The notes beneath the pieces were generated by a model that was not told where the DNA came from, ran no database searches, and saw nothing but the letters and a program-made list of their open reading frames with translations. From positions 41,313 to 105,312 of the forward strand of contig SUXS01000012.1 of NCBI GenBank assembly GCA_015060865.1: 64,000 bases of DNA, in the 5' to 3' direction. The position numbers and the translations under genes were made by a program. Below are positions 27,237 through 36,365 of this stretch, piece by piece; position 1 is the stretch's first letter; every line of letters starts with the position of its first letter. Origin of the DNA: Bacteroidales bacterium (lineage in GTDB: Bacteria > Bacteroidota > Bacteroidia > Bacteroidales > Bacteroidaceae).

Positions 27237-28624
27237 GGATAAATCTTCAGTCTCTTTCCTGCCACGATGCGGCTGGTGCGGAGGCCGTTCCATCGCTTGA
27301 GTTCGTTTACTGTCACGCGGTAGCGGCGTGCAATGGTCGAGAGGGTCTCTCCACTGCGTATCTTGTGGTAGATGAATCCGCTGTTGGTGGCTTGGTTTTT
27401 CAGAGTCTTCACCTTCTCCTCGGAGAAGTATTTCTCGCGGTCGTAGTTGTATATCGAGTCGCCCGAGAGGATGAAGGTGCGTATCTTGTCTTCGGGGAGG
27501 CGCAGCGCTCCGGGCAGGAACTTGCCCGGGATGACGTCTTCGCGGTACTGCGGGTTGAGGCCACGCAGTGTCTCCATGTCGATATCGCATACGGCTGCTA
27601 TCTGATCGAAGTGGAGCAGACGGTTTACCATGATGGTGTCGGTAGCTATAGGCAACTTGGGCTCCATGGGGCAGATGCCATGCTCGGCATGGTAGGTCAT
27701 GATGTAGGTGGCTGCAATGAAGGCAGGCACATAGCCGCGCGTCTCACGGGGCAAGTAGTAGTAGATGTCCCAAAAATTGGTCTTTCCGCCCGAGCGGTAG
27801 ATGGCCTTGTTCACGTTGCCCGAGCCGCAGTTGTAGGCTGCTATGGCCAGGCTCCAGTCACCGAAGCGGTCATAGAGGTCGCGCAGGTGCTTGGCTGCTG
27901 CCCAAGTGGCCTTCACGGGGTCGCGGCGGTCATCGACGAGGCTATTTTGCTTCAACCCGTAGAGCTTGCCTGTGCTGTACATAAACTGCCATAGGCCGGT
28001 AGCTCCAGCGCGAGATACGGCCACGGGGTTGAGGGCCGATTCGATTACCGGCAGGTACTTCAGCTCGTTGGGCACGCCATGCACGTCGAGTGCCTGCTCT
28101 ATGATGGGCTCGTAGTACTGCATCATACCCAGCATGTAAGATACCTGATGGCGCAGCTTCGTGGCGTAGCGGTCAATGCTGCTGCGCACGGGCTGATTGT
28201 ATACCATCTGCACCAGGCAGGGCAGGTTGGCCAGTCGCTCGGTGTATACCGTGTCGCTGAATGTGGGGTTGGTGGCTGTTGCCGTGCATGTGGTGTCCAC
28301 CATGAGGTAGGTCTGCGCATACCAACTGTTGAGTAGGCTATCGAGTTCGCCCGACATGCTCTCAATCACCACCAGCGAGTCGTCCTTGATGGTGGTCCAC
28401 TCCTCGGGGATGGGCTCGCGCTCCACTACGGGTAGTTCGGCTCTTGTCGTCTCCACGGCCTCTTCGGCGATGGTGTCCTGAGGGGCTACGGCTATATTTT
28501 CCACTTGTGGAGCCTGTGTCTCCACCGCTTTCTTCACTCCTCTGATGGGGAGTATTTTCTCGGAGCATCCGCATAGCACCACCAGTGCCATCAATGCCAT
28601 GTATATCGTCTTTTTCATTGTCAT
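27230..28624 (-). CDS. MltD-like lytic transglycosylase lipoprotein with C-terminal LysM
   Basis: Lipobox ALVVLCGC, SLT motif ESALNPVAVSRAGATGLWQFM, LysM YHKIRSGETLSTIARRYRVTVNELKRWNGL. Confidence 0.8.
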   Translation of the reverse strand: MTMKKTIYMALMALVVLCGCSEKILPIRGVKKAVETQAPQVENIAVAPQDTIAEEAVETTRAELPVVEREPIPEEWTTIKDDSLVVIESMSGELDSLLNSWYAQTYLMVDTTCTATATNPTFSDTVYTERLANLPCLVQMVYNQPVRSSIDRYATKLRHQVSYMLGMMQYYEPIIEQALDVHGVPNELKYLPVIESALNPVAVSRAGATGLWQFMYSTGKLYGLKQNSLVDDRRDPVKATWAAAKHLRDLYDRFGDWSLAIAAYNCGSGNVNKAIYRSGGKTNFWDIYYYLPRETRGYVPAFIAATYIMTYHAEHGICPMEPKLPIATDTIMVNRLLHFDQIAAVCDIDMETLRGLNPQYREDVIPGKFLPGALRLPEDKIRTFILSGDSIYNYDREKYFSEEKVKTLKNQATNSGFIYHKIRSGETLSTIARRYRVTVNELKRWNGLRTSRIVAGKRLKIYPR

Positions 28625-28648
28625 TAAACGCTTTTCGGGAATATCCTA

Positions 28649-28680
28649 CAAAGATAGCGCAAGGCGAGCGAAATGCCAAA
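28649..28680 (-). promoter_or_regulatory. promoter of the mltD-like gene
   Basis: CAAAgaTA at 28649-28656 and CAAA at 28677-28680 on the plus strand, 20-nt spacer. Confidence 0.6.
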
Positions 28681-29159
28681 TTTATTTGAGCATTTCCGAG
28701 CCGCCGCCTATCTTCTGCTTGCTGAGCAGGCTAAAGATACAACAACTGACGCATGAGCGAGCGAGAACCAAGCTCGCTTGGGTTCTTGTAGCAAGCGAAA
28801 AGGAAGAAAGAGAAGCTAAGCCGAGAGGAGAACAAAATAAATTCATTTATTTTTATCCCGAGGCGCAGTGTATCTTCTGCGATGAAATCGCTAAAATTAG
28901 TACAAGGCGAGAGAAAACGCAAATTTATTTAATTATATTTTCTTCCTTGTCACTCGGCTAAGATAAAGATGAACACTTATCTTCGCTTTCGTTCCTGTGT
29001 CAGTTGCAGTTTCCCGCCGACGCGGGATAATCGTCGGTTGCGGCGACTGCCGGTTTATCGGCACAAAGAAGTGCGACAAAGTCGCCATTAGCCTAATTTC
29101 AAGCTGTAAAACAGATTAAAATTAAGCCAAACGAAAAAGCAAATTTCAGACCATAAAAG

Positions 29160-29480
29160 TCACTTTACCACCAATAAGGCAAAGTTGACGTCCCCTGCAG
29201 CGAGGCTACGCCCTGTGGTGTAGCTGGTGTCGGCAAGCAGTGTGTAGGGTGAATCGTCGGTAGGTGTGGCGGATTGGCGAGGCATGGCCATTCCCAACAC
29301 GAAGCCAAGCACTGAGGCTGCCACGAGCCAGTAGGGCGAGATGGTGCGACGCACCTTCTGTACATGGGGTTTACATTGGCGTGGCGTGATGCTGGCATTG
29401 TCTTCATCGCGCACTTCGCGTAGCAGATCGAGGAGTTCGGCCGACTCCTGTTCCTTCTTTTTCAGTTCGTTATCGTTCAT
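29160..29480 (-). CDS. small single-pass membrane protein, possible anti-sigma factor
   Basis: Immediately downstream of the ECF sigma gene. One TM segment, ISPYWLVAASVLGFVLGMAM. Confidence 0.4.
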   Translation of the reverse strand: MNDNELKKKEQESAELLDLLREVRDEDNASITPRQCKPHVQKVRRTISPYWLVAASVLGFVLGMAMPRQSATPTDDSPYTLLADTSYTTGRSLAAGDVNFALLVVK

Positions 29481-29484
29481 AGTT

Positions 29485-30054
29485 CTATTTATATTCGTTC
29501 ATCATTCTTTTTACACTCTCCAGCGCGGCATACAATCGCGACTTCACGGTGCCCTCGGGACACCCTACGATATGGGCCACTTCGGGGATGGTGAGTTCCT
29601 CATCGTAGTGGAGCAGGAAGGCATCGCGCTGCGCCGTGGGGAGCGATTGCACGGCTTGGCGCAGACGCTGGCGCTGTTCGTCGCGCTCCATCGCCTCGGT
29701 AGGCTCATGGGTGGCTTCCTCGCGTTGGAGAAGTTCCTCTACATAGGCTTGGCGTATGGTCTCGTGCCGATACTCATTCTTGCAGAGGTTATAGGCCATA
29801 GCGTAGAGCCATGAGGCAAAGGGCTGGTCGGAGCGATACTCCTTGCGGTAAGTCCACACTCGGACGAAAAGCTCCTGCACCATGTCCTCGGCCTTGGCAG
29901 TATCATAGGCGAGCATGCGGAGGAAGAAGCCTCCGAGCCTTCGCGCATACCTATTATATAAGGTGTCGAAAGCCGCGTGTTCGCCGCGACCGATGCGTTG
30001 CATTAGCTCGGCATCGGTCAGCGCACTCAGGGCATTAGCGGTCAATCTCTTCAT
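29485..30054 (-). CDS. ECF-type RNA polymerase sigma-70 factor
   Basis: Region 2 (FDTLYNRYARRLGGFFLRML..AEDMVQELFVRVW) and region 4 (LPTAQRDAFLLHYDEELTIPEVAHIVGCPEGTVKSRL). Confidence 0.85.
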   Translation of the reverse strand: MKRLTANALSALTDAELMQRIGRGEHAAFDTLYNRYARRLGGFFLRMLAYDTAKAEDMVQELFVRVWTYRKEYRSDQPFASWLYAMAYNLCKNEYRHETIRQAYVEELLQREEATHEPTEAMERDEQRQRLRQAVQSLPTAQRDAFLLHYDEELTIPEVAHIVGCPEGTVKSRLYAALESVKRMMNEYK

Positions 30055-31216
30055 AGTACTTCTGGCGTTGTTCGTCGGGTATATCAACTTGCTCTACGAT
30101 ACGCAACATCAGCGTGCGCAGTTCGTTGTAGCGGAAAAAGTTGCCTGTCTGCTTGTAATGGTCGAGCAGCGACTTGAAGCAAGGTATGTAATTCAAGTTA
30201 AATTTGTTTGCAGAAGCCGTGTAGCTCTCGGGGAGGAAGCTCTCGCGCAAATAGTCGGTAAGGTAATTCTCCTCGAAGTTCTTGCGCTTGATGGCCAAGT
30301 TGTCGTAGGGCTTCTCGCTATAGCGCATCACCAGTCCCTCGGAGTAGAGTTTGTCCTTGAACGACGGCACATTCATCAGTGTTGAGAAGTATACGGCGGG
30401 GCGGCGGGTGTGTTTAATGATGTGTAGCATCATCTGTTCAGTATATTTGTCGGCCTCCTCCTGGCTCGAAATTTGTGGTATAGGCTCAAAGTCAGGAATA
30501 CTCAATCGCTCGCATATCAGCTTCCTGTAGTTGGGTGCCCACATCATGCTCATGCATATAACATCAATGTCTTCGAAGAGATTCTTGCCGTATTGCACCA
30601 GCAGTTTTGAGAATGTTGGTGAGTCTCCGCTGACAAAGATGAGGCTGTTTGCCTTCATACCGCTAAGGGCGTTGTAGGCATAGTTGAGCAGAGAGGGCGA
30701 GTAGGTGCCGCTGTTGTACCAACGCTTCAGTATGTCGGCCATCAACTCTTCGTCGCCCGTTTGCATCAGGTAGCTGACGTAGTCGGGGTACATCTCCACA
30801 TTGTCCGGGCGCATCTGTATGGCCTTTTTCATCTCTGGAGCAGCGTTGACATCGCCTTTATGGTAATACTTCATGATATACAATGTATAAGTGTCGGGGA
30901 TAGACTTTGCCATCTCTTGCATTATGCGCTCCACTTTCTCTCTATGTTCAGTGCTTTCATCGAACCATGATTGGTATCTGACCGCCTTGTAATAGTTCTT
31001 CCAGGCCTCCTCGTTCTTCGGGTTCTTGTCTATCTCGGCTTTCCACAAACGTTCCTGTGTCTTGTACCATTCGGCACTGTGCTTTACCTTGACTGGTGTC
31101 TCCACCTTTTGCGGCACCTCCTTCTCTGTGTTGTCCTGTGCCCAAGCCGTATGAGCGGTAAGTGTAAATCCTGCGATTGCCGTGAGGCAAACGATGATGG
31201 TGTGTTTTGCTTTCAT
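30035..31216 (-). CDS. secreted protein of unknown function, first gene of the ECF sigma operon
   Basis: Signal peptide MKAKHTIIVCLTAIAGFTLTAHTAWAQ. Overlaps the sigma gene start by 20 nt. Confidence 0.6.
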   Translation of the reverse strand: MKAKHTIIVCLTAIAGFTLTAHTAWAQDNTEKEVPQKVETPVKVKHSAEWYKTQERLWKAEIDKNPKNEEAWKNYYKAVRYQSWFDESTEHREKVERIMQEMAKSIPDTYTLYIMKYYHKGDVNAAPEMKKAIQMRPDNVEMYPDYVSYLMQTGDEELMADILKRWYNSGTYSPSLLNYAYNALSGMKANSLIFVSGDSPTFSKLLVQYGKNLFEDIDVICMSMMWAPNYRKLICERLSIPDFEPIPQISSQEEADKYTEQMMLHIIKHTRRPAVYFSTLMNVPSFKDKLYSEGLVMRYSEKPYDNLAIKRKNFEENYLTDYLRESFLPESYTASANKFNLNYIPCFKSLLDHYKQTGNFFRYNELRTLMLRIVEQVDIPDEQRQKYYEEIDR

Positions 31217-31407
31217 TGCGTGTATGCTTTTTTGTTGTTTGTACTCAGTTTGTTCTATCTGTAAAACGCGTTTTTCATGATTGCATACACGCGAAGCACC
31301 CAATCGTTCGGTACTTTAACAATGTTTAACCTTGACGGACTTGTCCTTCGACTGAGTAAGCAATAATGCGGGAACCTCTACGTTATACCTATAAATAATG
31401 GTATACT

Positions 31408-32433
31408 ATGAAAAGTCTGCAGTTTCGTATCGGTTTGTTTGTGATGGGACTATGCTCCCTACTTCTTGTTGCTTGTAATGAGGATACTCCTCTTGGTGGT
31501 GGGGAAGAGGTACTACCCAACGATACCGTATCCATATCGCCCAATGACTCTTTGGCTTTTACAGGTGCATCTTCTACCGACACGGTGGTAGTGCATTGTA
31601 ATGATACGTGGAACATCTATGGGTATGCCTATTGGGCGTCAGTATCGCCACAGAACGGCAAGAATGGTGATACGTTGATTGTGTCTGTCGATGCAAACAC
31701 AACGGGGGATGAGCGCAAGGTGAGCTACTATCTGTATAGTGGCGAGGCGAAGTGTGAGTTGGTCGTTTCGCAAAGAAAACGTCGTGAACTCTCTGTTTCG
31801 CCCTCTCAGAAACTCTTCTTCGGATACGAGGGTGGTGTTGATACCTTGACAATCCATTCAGAAGGGGCGTGGTGGATAGACAGACAGCCCGAATGGCTTT
31901 CCGTCTCTTCTTCTGATGGTGACGATGGAGATATGCTCATCGTCTCAGCAACGGAGAATAACTCTACGCACAACCGTGAAGACACGCTCATATTGCGGAA
32001 TGAAGAGATGGAAGTTTTGGTTCCAGTTTTGCAGAATAGTCATCCAAGTCCGATAATTGAACAGATAACATATCGGTATGACAGTGTCGGATACACCCCT
32101 GAGAATTGGCTCTTCTTGGTAAATGAAAGGGTGGAAGTTGTGTTCAAATCTGCGAGGCTCAAGCGTTTAATCATTCATGTAGCGGATCTTGATAATATTG
32201 ACTTTTTGGAGCATTATGAAGCGTTTCCAGAGTGCATAGGTGATGATACCTATCGTGTGGTTCTTGATGGTGGTGCTTATTATTGGGAAATCAAATTCGT
32301 CATGACTGTGTATGACGACCTTGGAAAGAGTGGAGATTCTGAAATCATCTATCCGAAAGACTATATCGAAGACCCAGCCGTGAGAGCACTGATAGATAAG
32401 GAACTTGAATTGTGGCTGGGCTATATACCTTGA
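31408..32433 (+). CDS. lipoprotein with two BACON-like domains
   Basis: Lipobox LLLVAC. Two repeats of the pattern ..DTVVVHCNDTWNI..WASVSPQNGKNGDTLIVSVDANTTGDERK.. Confidence 0.6.
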   Translation: MKSLQFRIGLFVMGLCSLLLVACNEDTPLGGGEEVLPNDTVSISPNDSLAFTGASSTDTVVVHCNDTWNIYGYAYWASVSPQNGKNGDTLIVSVDANTTGDERKVSYYLYSGEAKCELVVSQRKRRELSVSPSQKLFFGYEGGVDTLTIHSEGAWWIDRQPEWLSVSSSDGDDGDMLIVSATENNSTHNREDTLILRNEEMEVLVPVLQNSHPSPIIEQITYRYDSVGYTPENWLFLVNERVEVVFKSARLKRLIIHVADLDNIDFLEHYEAFPECIGDDTYRVVLDGGAYYWEIKFVMTVYDDLGKSGDSEIIYPKDYIEDPAVRALIDKELELWLGYIP

Positions 32434-32469
32434 ACATGTAACCGCATCGAATAATAAGAGGAAGCACAA

Positions 32470-33531
32470 ATGGCCAAGATGACTCCCAAGCAGCTGGCAG
32501 ATAAGCTGCGCTTCGCTGGCGAGGCGATACCTTCGATGACACGCCGTCGTGATGGACACGACTACGAAGCGCGGCAGATGTACCTCATCACAATCACGGT
32601 AGAGGGGCGTAGGCCCCTGCTTGGGCGTGTGGTGGGCAATCCTGAAGCTGCCGAAGGAGCCCCCGATGCTCCGCACATCGAGCTGTCGCCTCTTGGAAAG
32701 GCGGTAGAGCAGCAGTGGATAGCCATCAGCCATTACCACCCCGAAGTGAAGGTGCTTGCCTTGCAGATGATGCCCGACCATCTGCATAGCATCCTCTTCG
32801 TCAAGGAGCGCATGCCGCAGCACTTAGGACATATCATCAAAGGCTTCAAGGCCAGCACCAATAAGGAGTACCGGCGGCTCATAGCTCCCGCTCCTTCGAG
32901 TGCCGTTCCTGTTGTCTCCTCGGCTGCGACGCCGTCGCAGCGAACGGGAAGGCCCAAACCCGACCGCAAGCATGGCCTGCTCTGGAGCATTGGCTACACC
33001 GACGGCATCCTTGGCCGCAAAGGCCAGCTCAACAACTGGCTTGCCTACCTGCGCGACAACCCTCGTCGCCTACTCATGAAGCGCCTGCATCCCGAGTTCT
33101 TCCGCGTGCAGCGCAATGTGCTGGTAGGCTGCTATGAGTTTTCTGCCATCGGCAACCGCTATTTGCTGTCGCATCCCGTACGTTTGCAGGTGCAATGCTC
33201 GCGCCGCCTCACCCAAGAGGAGATTGCGCAGCAGACGAGCTACTACCTGGGATTGGCCAAGCGTGGGGCAGTACTCGTGTCGCCCAGCATCTCGCCCGGC
33301 GAGAAGGCCATCATGCGTGCCGCCTTCGATGCAGGCTACCCACTCATCCTCCTGCAGGAGAATGGCTTCACCGAACTGGCCAAGCCGGGCGGTGCCCGCT
33401 TCGACGCCTGCGCCGAAGGCCGCCTGCTCATCCTCGCTCCATGGGAGCATCACAATCAGCGCCTTGCCATTAATCGCAGCCAATGCCTCTCGCTCAATGA
33501 TATGGCTCGGGCCATTTGCGAGGGGGACTGA
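32470..33531 (+). CDS. IS200/RAYT-like HUH (Y1) protein with a C-terminal extension
   Basis: YLITITVEGRRPLLG, HUH motif MMPDHLHSILFV, WSIGYTDGIL and tyrosine motif AYLRDNPRRLL. An extra ~130 aa follows. No terminal inverted repeats or flanking hairpins seen. Confidence 0.7.
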   Translation: MAKMTPKQLADKLRFAGEAIPSMTRRRDGHDYEARQMYLITITVEGRRPLLGRVVGNPEAAEGAPDAPHIELSPLGKAVEQQWIAISHYHPEVKVLALQMMPDHLHSILFVKERMPQHLGHIIKGFKASTNKEYRRLIAPAPSSAVPVVSSAATPSQRTGRPKPDRKHGLLWSIGYTDGILGRKGQLNNWLAYLRDNPRRLLMKRLHPEFFRVQRNVLVGCYEFSAIGNRYLLSHPVRLQVQCSRRLTQEEIAQQTSYYLGLAKRGAVLVSPSISPGEKAIMRAAFDAGYPLILLQENGFTELAKPGGARFDACAEGRLLILAPWEHHNQRLAINRSQCLSLNDMARAICEGD

Positions 33532-33564
33532 CCTCGATGCCCTTTTATGCTGTCTTGCCAGTGC

Positions 33565-35880
33565 TTACATACGACTTTTCGCACTCTCGCCCGTTCCTGT
33601 TCCTTTGTACTTGCTCTTCGTGGTGTTGAACTTATAGCGGATGGTGAGTGCGGCTTGGCGGGTGTCGAAATGGTTGTATTGCACGATGCTGTAGTCGCCT
33701 GAGCGCAGTCGCACTCCGGCGCGTTGCGAGTCGAGCAGGTCGGTGCCTTCAAGTTCGACGGTGAGGGCATCGTTCAAGAATGACTTACGCACCGAAAGGC
33801 CAAGGGCATAGTTGTGCGAAAGCGTCTCATACACCAAGGTGTGGCCCTTGCCCTGGTAGCTCATGTCGAGCTGTATCATGTAGTTCTTGGGCAGTTGGAT
33901 GATGTTGGTGAGGTAGCCGACCCAGATGGGCTTGTTCATGGAGATTGTCTCTCCACGGAAATCCATATCGAACCACTGTTTCTGCAACCCGACCGTGAGG
34001 CTCGGCATCCAGCATCCTATCTGGGGCGAGGCCACGAGGTAGGCACTCATCTGGGGAACAGGCTTGGCGTAGTTGATGGTGGTGAGCATCATGGCATCGG
34101 GATTCTCGGGCTGGGCAGTGCCCCACTGCACGAAAGCATCTTTCAGCAGGCTGTACGAGGCCGACAGCTGGAAAAACTGCCAGGCGCCGCTGAGCGATAG
34201 GTTGTGGGTAATCTGCTGGCGTAGCGTAGGGTTACCCTTGTCCAATGAGTAGCGGTCGATGTAGGTCACTGAGTTGCGCAACTGGTGATACGAGGGACGC
34301 TGTGTCTTCACTGCATAGGAGAGCTGTGCCTGCACGGGGCCGAGCAAGGCCGTGAGCGAAGCGTTGGGGAAGAAGTTGTCGAAGGCGCGACTCTGGTCGG
34401 CCTGCCACGCATCGTTGATGTAGTAGTCAAATGCCACGTGCTCGTAGCGCAAGCCTGCTCCTATGGCGCCGAAGGGCAGCGCATGGCTGTACTCGGCAAA
34501 GGCCGTGGCGTTTTGCTCGCGGATGGTGCTGTTTGACGAGGACAGATAGTTCTCGGGGTTCAGGTACACATCCTTGCGATAGGTATAGGTATATTCACTA
34601 CCTGCCGATAGGCTACCGCCCCACACGGGGTAGGTGAGCACGAGCTTGCCAGCGCCCATCCGGTTGCGTGTGTTGCTGTACGAGTTCACGATGCGGTCCT
34701 CATCGTTCGTGCTGTTCTCGTCGTACATGTCGTGTCCGTCCTCATCCTGCATCAGCCAGTCGGCATTGAAGTCGATGTTCAGTTTGCCCGCCGTACCATT
34801 ATAATAGGCGTTGACCTGATGGTTGGCGTAGTCGTCATAGAGCATGGTCGACTGAGTGCGCAGGTCGTCGTCCAATACGCCATCGAATGTGGCTTTGCTG
34901 TGCGCATCCATGGTGCCCCGATAGTCTGTTAATGCCTTGCCCGTATACTTCACGCCCATGGAGTGGTTTGCGTTGAACTGGTAGTTGGCGCCCAACGTGG
35001 GGAGCAGCACTTGCGAGTGCGTGGTGGCAGTGAGGGTGTTGTTCAGCTCAAGCAATCGGACGGATTGTAGCGACTGGGTGAGCTTGCCCTCTTGAATATC
35101 ATTCGTCAACCGATAATCAAGGTTGCCGAATATGTCCAGCTTGCCGTGGCGGTAGTTGAAGCTCAGCTGATCAATGAGGTCGGTGTTGTAGTCGCTCTGA
35201 AACACCGACGAGCGCAGGTTGAATCCGAAGCCGTCGCCCTGCTTGCGGATGGTCTGAATACGGATAACGGCACTCACCGTGGCATCGTAGCGTGCACCGG
35301 GGTTGTGGATGACCTCCACGTGCTTTATCTCGTCGGAGTTGAGCTGCTCCAGCTCGGCATTGTCGCGCACGAGTCGGCCGTTGATATACACCACCGGCGT
35401 ACCCTTGCCCAGCACCTCGATGGACTCTCCCTTGTGTATCACACCGGGAATTTTGCCCAGCACATCGTTGGCCGAGCCCAACGTGGCCAATACGCTGTTC
35501 TCCACGCTCGTCACCATGGCGTCGCCCTTGATTTGCGTCTTGGGCAGAGTGCCCTTCACCACCACCTCGTCGAGTAGCTGATTGTCTGCCGTGAGGCGCA
35601 CGACCATGGTACCGCTCTCCTTCAGCGCTTGCCACACGGGGGTGTATCCTATGTACGACACGTGCAGCAACGCCCCGTTGCCCTTGCTCGCGAGAGCAAA
35701 CCGCCCCGCTTCGTCGGTCACCGTACCGGCCACATAGGCCGAGTCGGCCGTGTGCATCACCACATTGGCGTACGCTACGGGGTTGTCCTCTGCATCTACT
35801 ACCTTTCCGCTAATCTGCTGCGCCTGTGCACCGCCAAGCATACTTGTGGCCAGCATGGCCACCATCATCCATCTTTTCAT
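33565..35880 (-). CDS. TonB-dependent receptor-like outer-membrane beta-barrel protein
   Basis: Signal peptide, CarboxypepD_reg-like ISGKVVDAEDNPVAYANV, plug, long barrel. Confidence 0.75.
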   Translation of the reverse strand: MKRWMMVAMLATSMLGGAQAQQISGKVVDAEDNPVAYANVVMHTADSAYVAGTVTDEAGRFALASKGNGALLHVSYIGYTPVWQALKESGTMVVRLTADNQLLDEVVVKGTLPKTQIKGDAMVTSVENSVLATLGSANDVLGKIPGVIHKGESIEVLGKGTPVVYINGRLVRDNAELEQLNSDEIKHVEVIHNPGARYDATVSAVIRIQTIRKQGDGFGFNLRSSVFQSDYNTDLIDQLSFNYRHGKLDIFGNLDYRLTNDIQEGKLTQSLQSVRLLELNNTLTATTHSQVLLPTLGANYQFNANHSMGVKYTGKALTDYRGTMDAHSKATFDGVLDDDLRTQSTMLYDDYANHQVNAYYNGTAGKLNIDFNADWLMQDEDGHDMYDENSTNDEDRIVNSYSNTRNRMGAGKLVLTYPVWGGSLSAGSEYTYTYRKDVYLNPENYLSSSNSTIREQNATAFAEYSHALPFGAIGAGLRYEHVAFDYYINDAWQADQSRAFDNFFPNASLTALLGPVQAQLSYAVKTQRPSYHQLRNSVTYIDRYSLDKGNPTLRQQITHNLSLSGAWQFFQLSASYSLLKDAFVQWGTAQPENPDAMMLTTINYAKPVPQMSAYLVASPQIGCWMPSLTVGLQKQWFDMDFRGETISMNKPIWVGYLTNIIQLPKNYMIQLDMSYQGKGHTLVYETLSHNYALGLSVRKSFLNDALTVELEGTDLLDSQRAGVRLRSGDYSIVQYNHFDTRQAALTIRYKFNTTKSKYKGTGTGESAKSRM

Positions 35881-36060
35881 TTTCGTTTTTATTCTTTTTC
35901 GTGTTCGTTTTGCCTGTTTAGACGCACGTCGTATGCAAAAACTACGTGCATCCTTCTATTAGACGTAACGAAAGCCTGAAAAGTTGCAAATGGTTGCAAA
36001 AAAAAGCGCGATTGAGCTAAATATGAAATAATGTTTGATGAAACACAAGTTTCATCGCTG

Positions 36061-36092
36061 CAAAGTTAGTGCAAACCGAGCGAAATGCCAAA
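36061..36092 (-). promoter_or_regulatory. promoter with long leader for the 33565..35880 receptor gene
   Basis: CAAAgtTA at 36061-36068 and CAAA at 36089-36092, 20-nt spacer. Same cassette as at 28649. Confidence 0.55.
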
Positions 36093-36365
36093 ATATGTTT
36101 TGAGTATTTCCGAGGCGCAGCCTAACTTCTTCTTGCAAAGCAGGATAAAGATACTGCAAAGCATAGTGAAAGTATGACAATTCTCGTTAATAATCTACAA
36201 ATAGTCAAGCGTTTTTATTGCCGTTTCGCTCGCTTCTACTTATCTTTGAGATAAATCTCGAAGATAATGTACATTCGCTGTGAAAAATATTCAAGCAAGC
36301 TTGATATTTCTCGCTCATTTATTCTTATCTTTGCATCTGAGTATTAACCGTAAAAGCACACGACT

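Noticed and set aside
27182-27994. 270-aa plus-strand ORF opposite the mltD-like gene, and similar antisense ORFs at 36654..37304, 41460..41951, 47533..48225, 48727..49245, 51840..52667 and 63264..63935
   Set aside because: Each lies fully inside a well-supported gene on the other strand and shows no recognisable motifs. This is typical of stop-codon-poor antisense frames.
28545-28961. 138-aa plus-strand ORF and 63-aa minus-strand ORF in the 28.6-29.2 kb spacer
   Set aside because: The region consists of repeated promoter cassettes (CAAAnnTA..gcgagcgaaatgCCAAA) and hairpins also seen at 36.06 kb. The translations are low-complexity. A small RNA is possible, but I have no positive evidence.
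32167-32823. 218-aa minus-strand ORF bridging the BACON and RAYT-like genes
   Set aside because: It overlaps two motif-supported plus-strand genes and crosses their intergenic spacer. No motifs.
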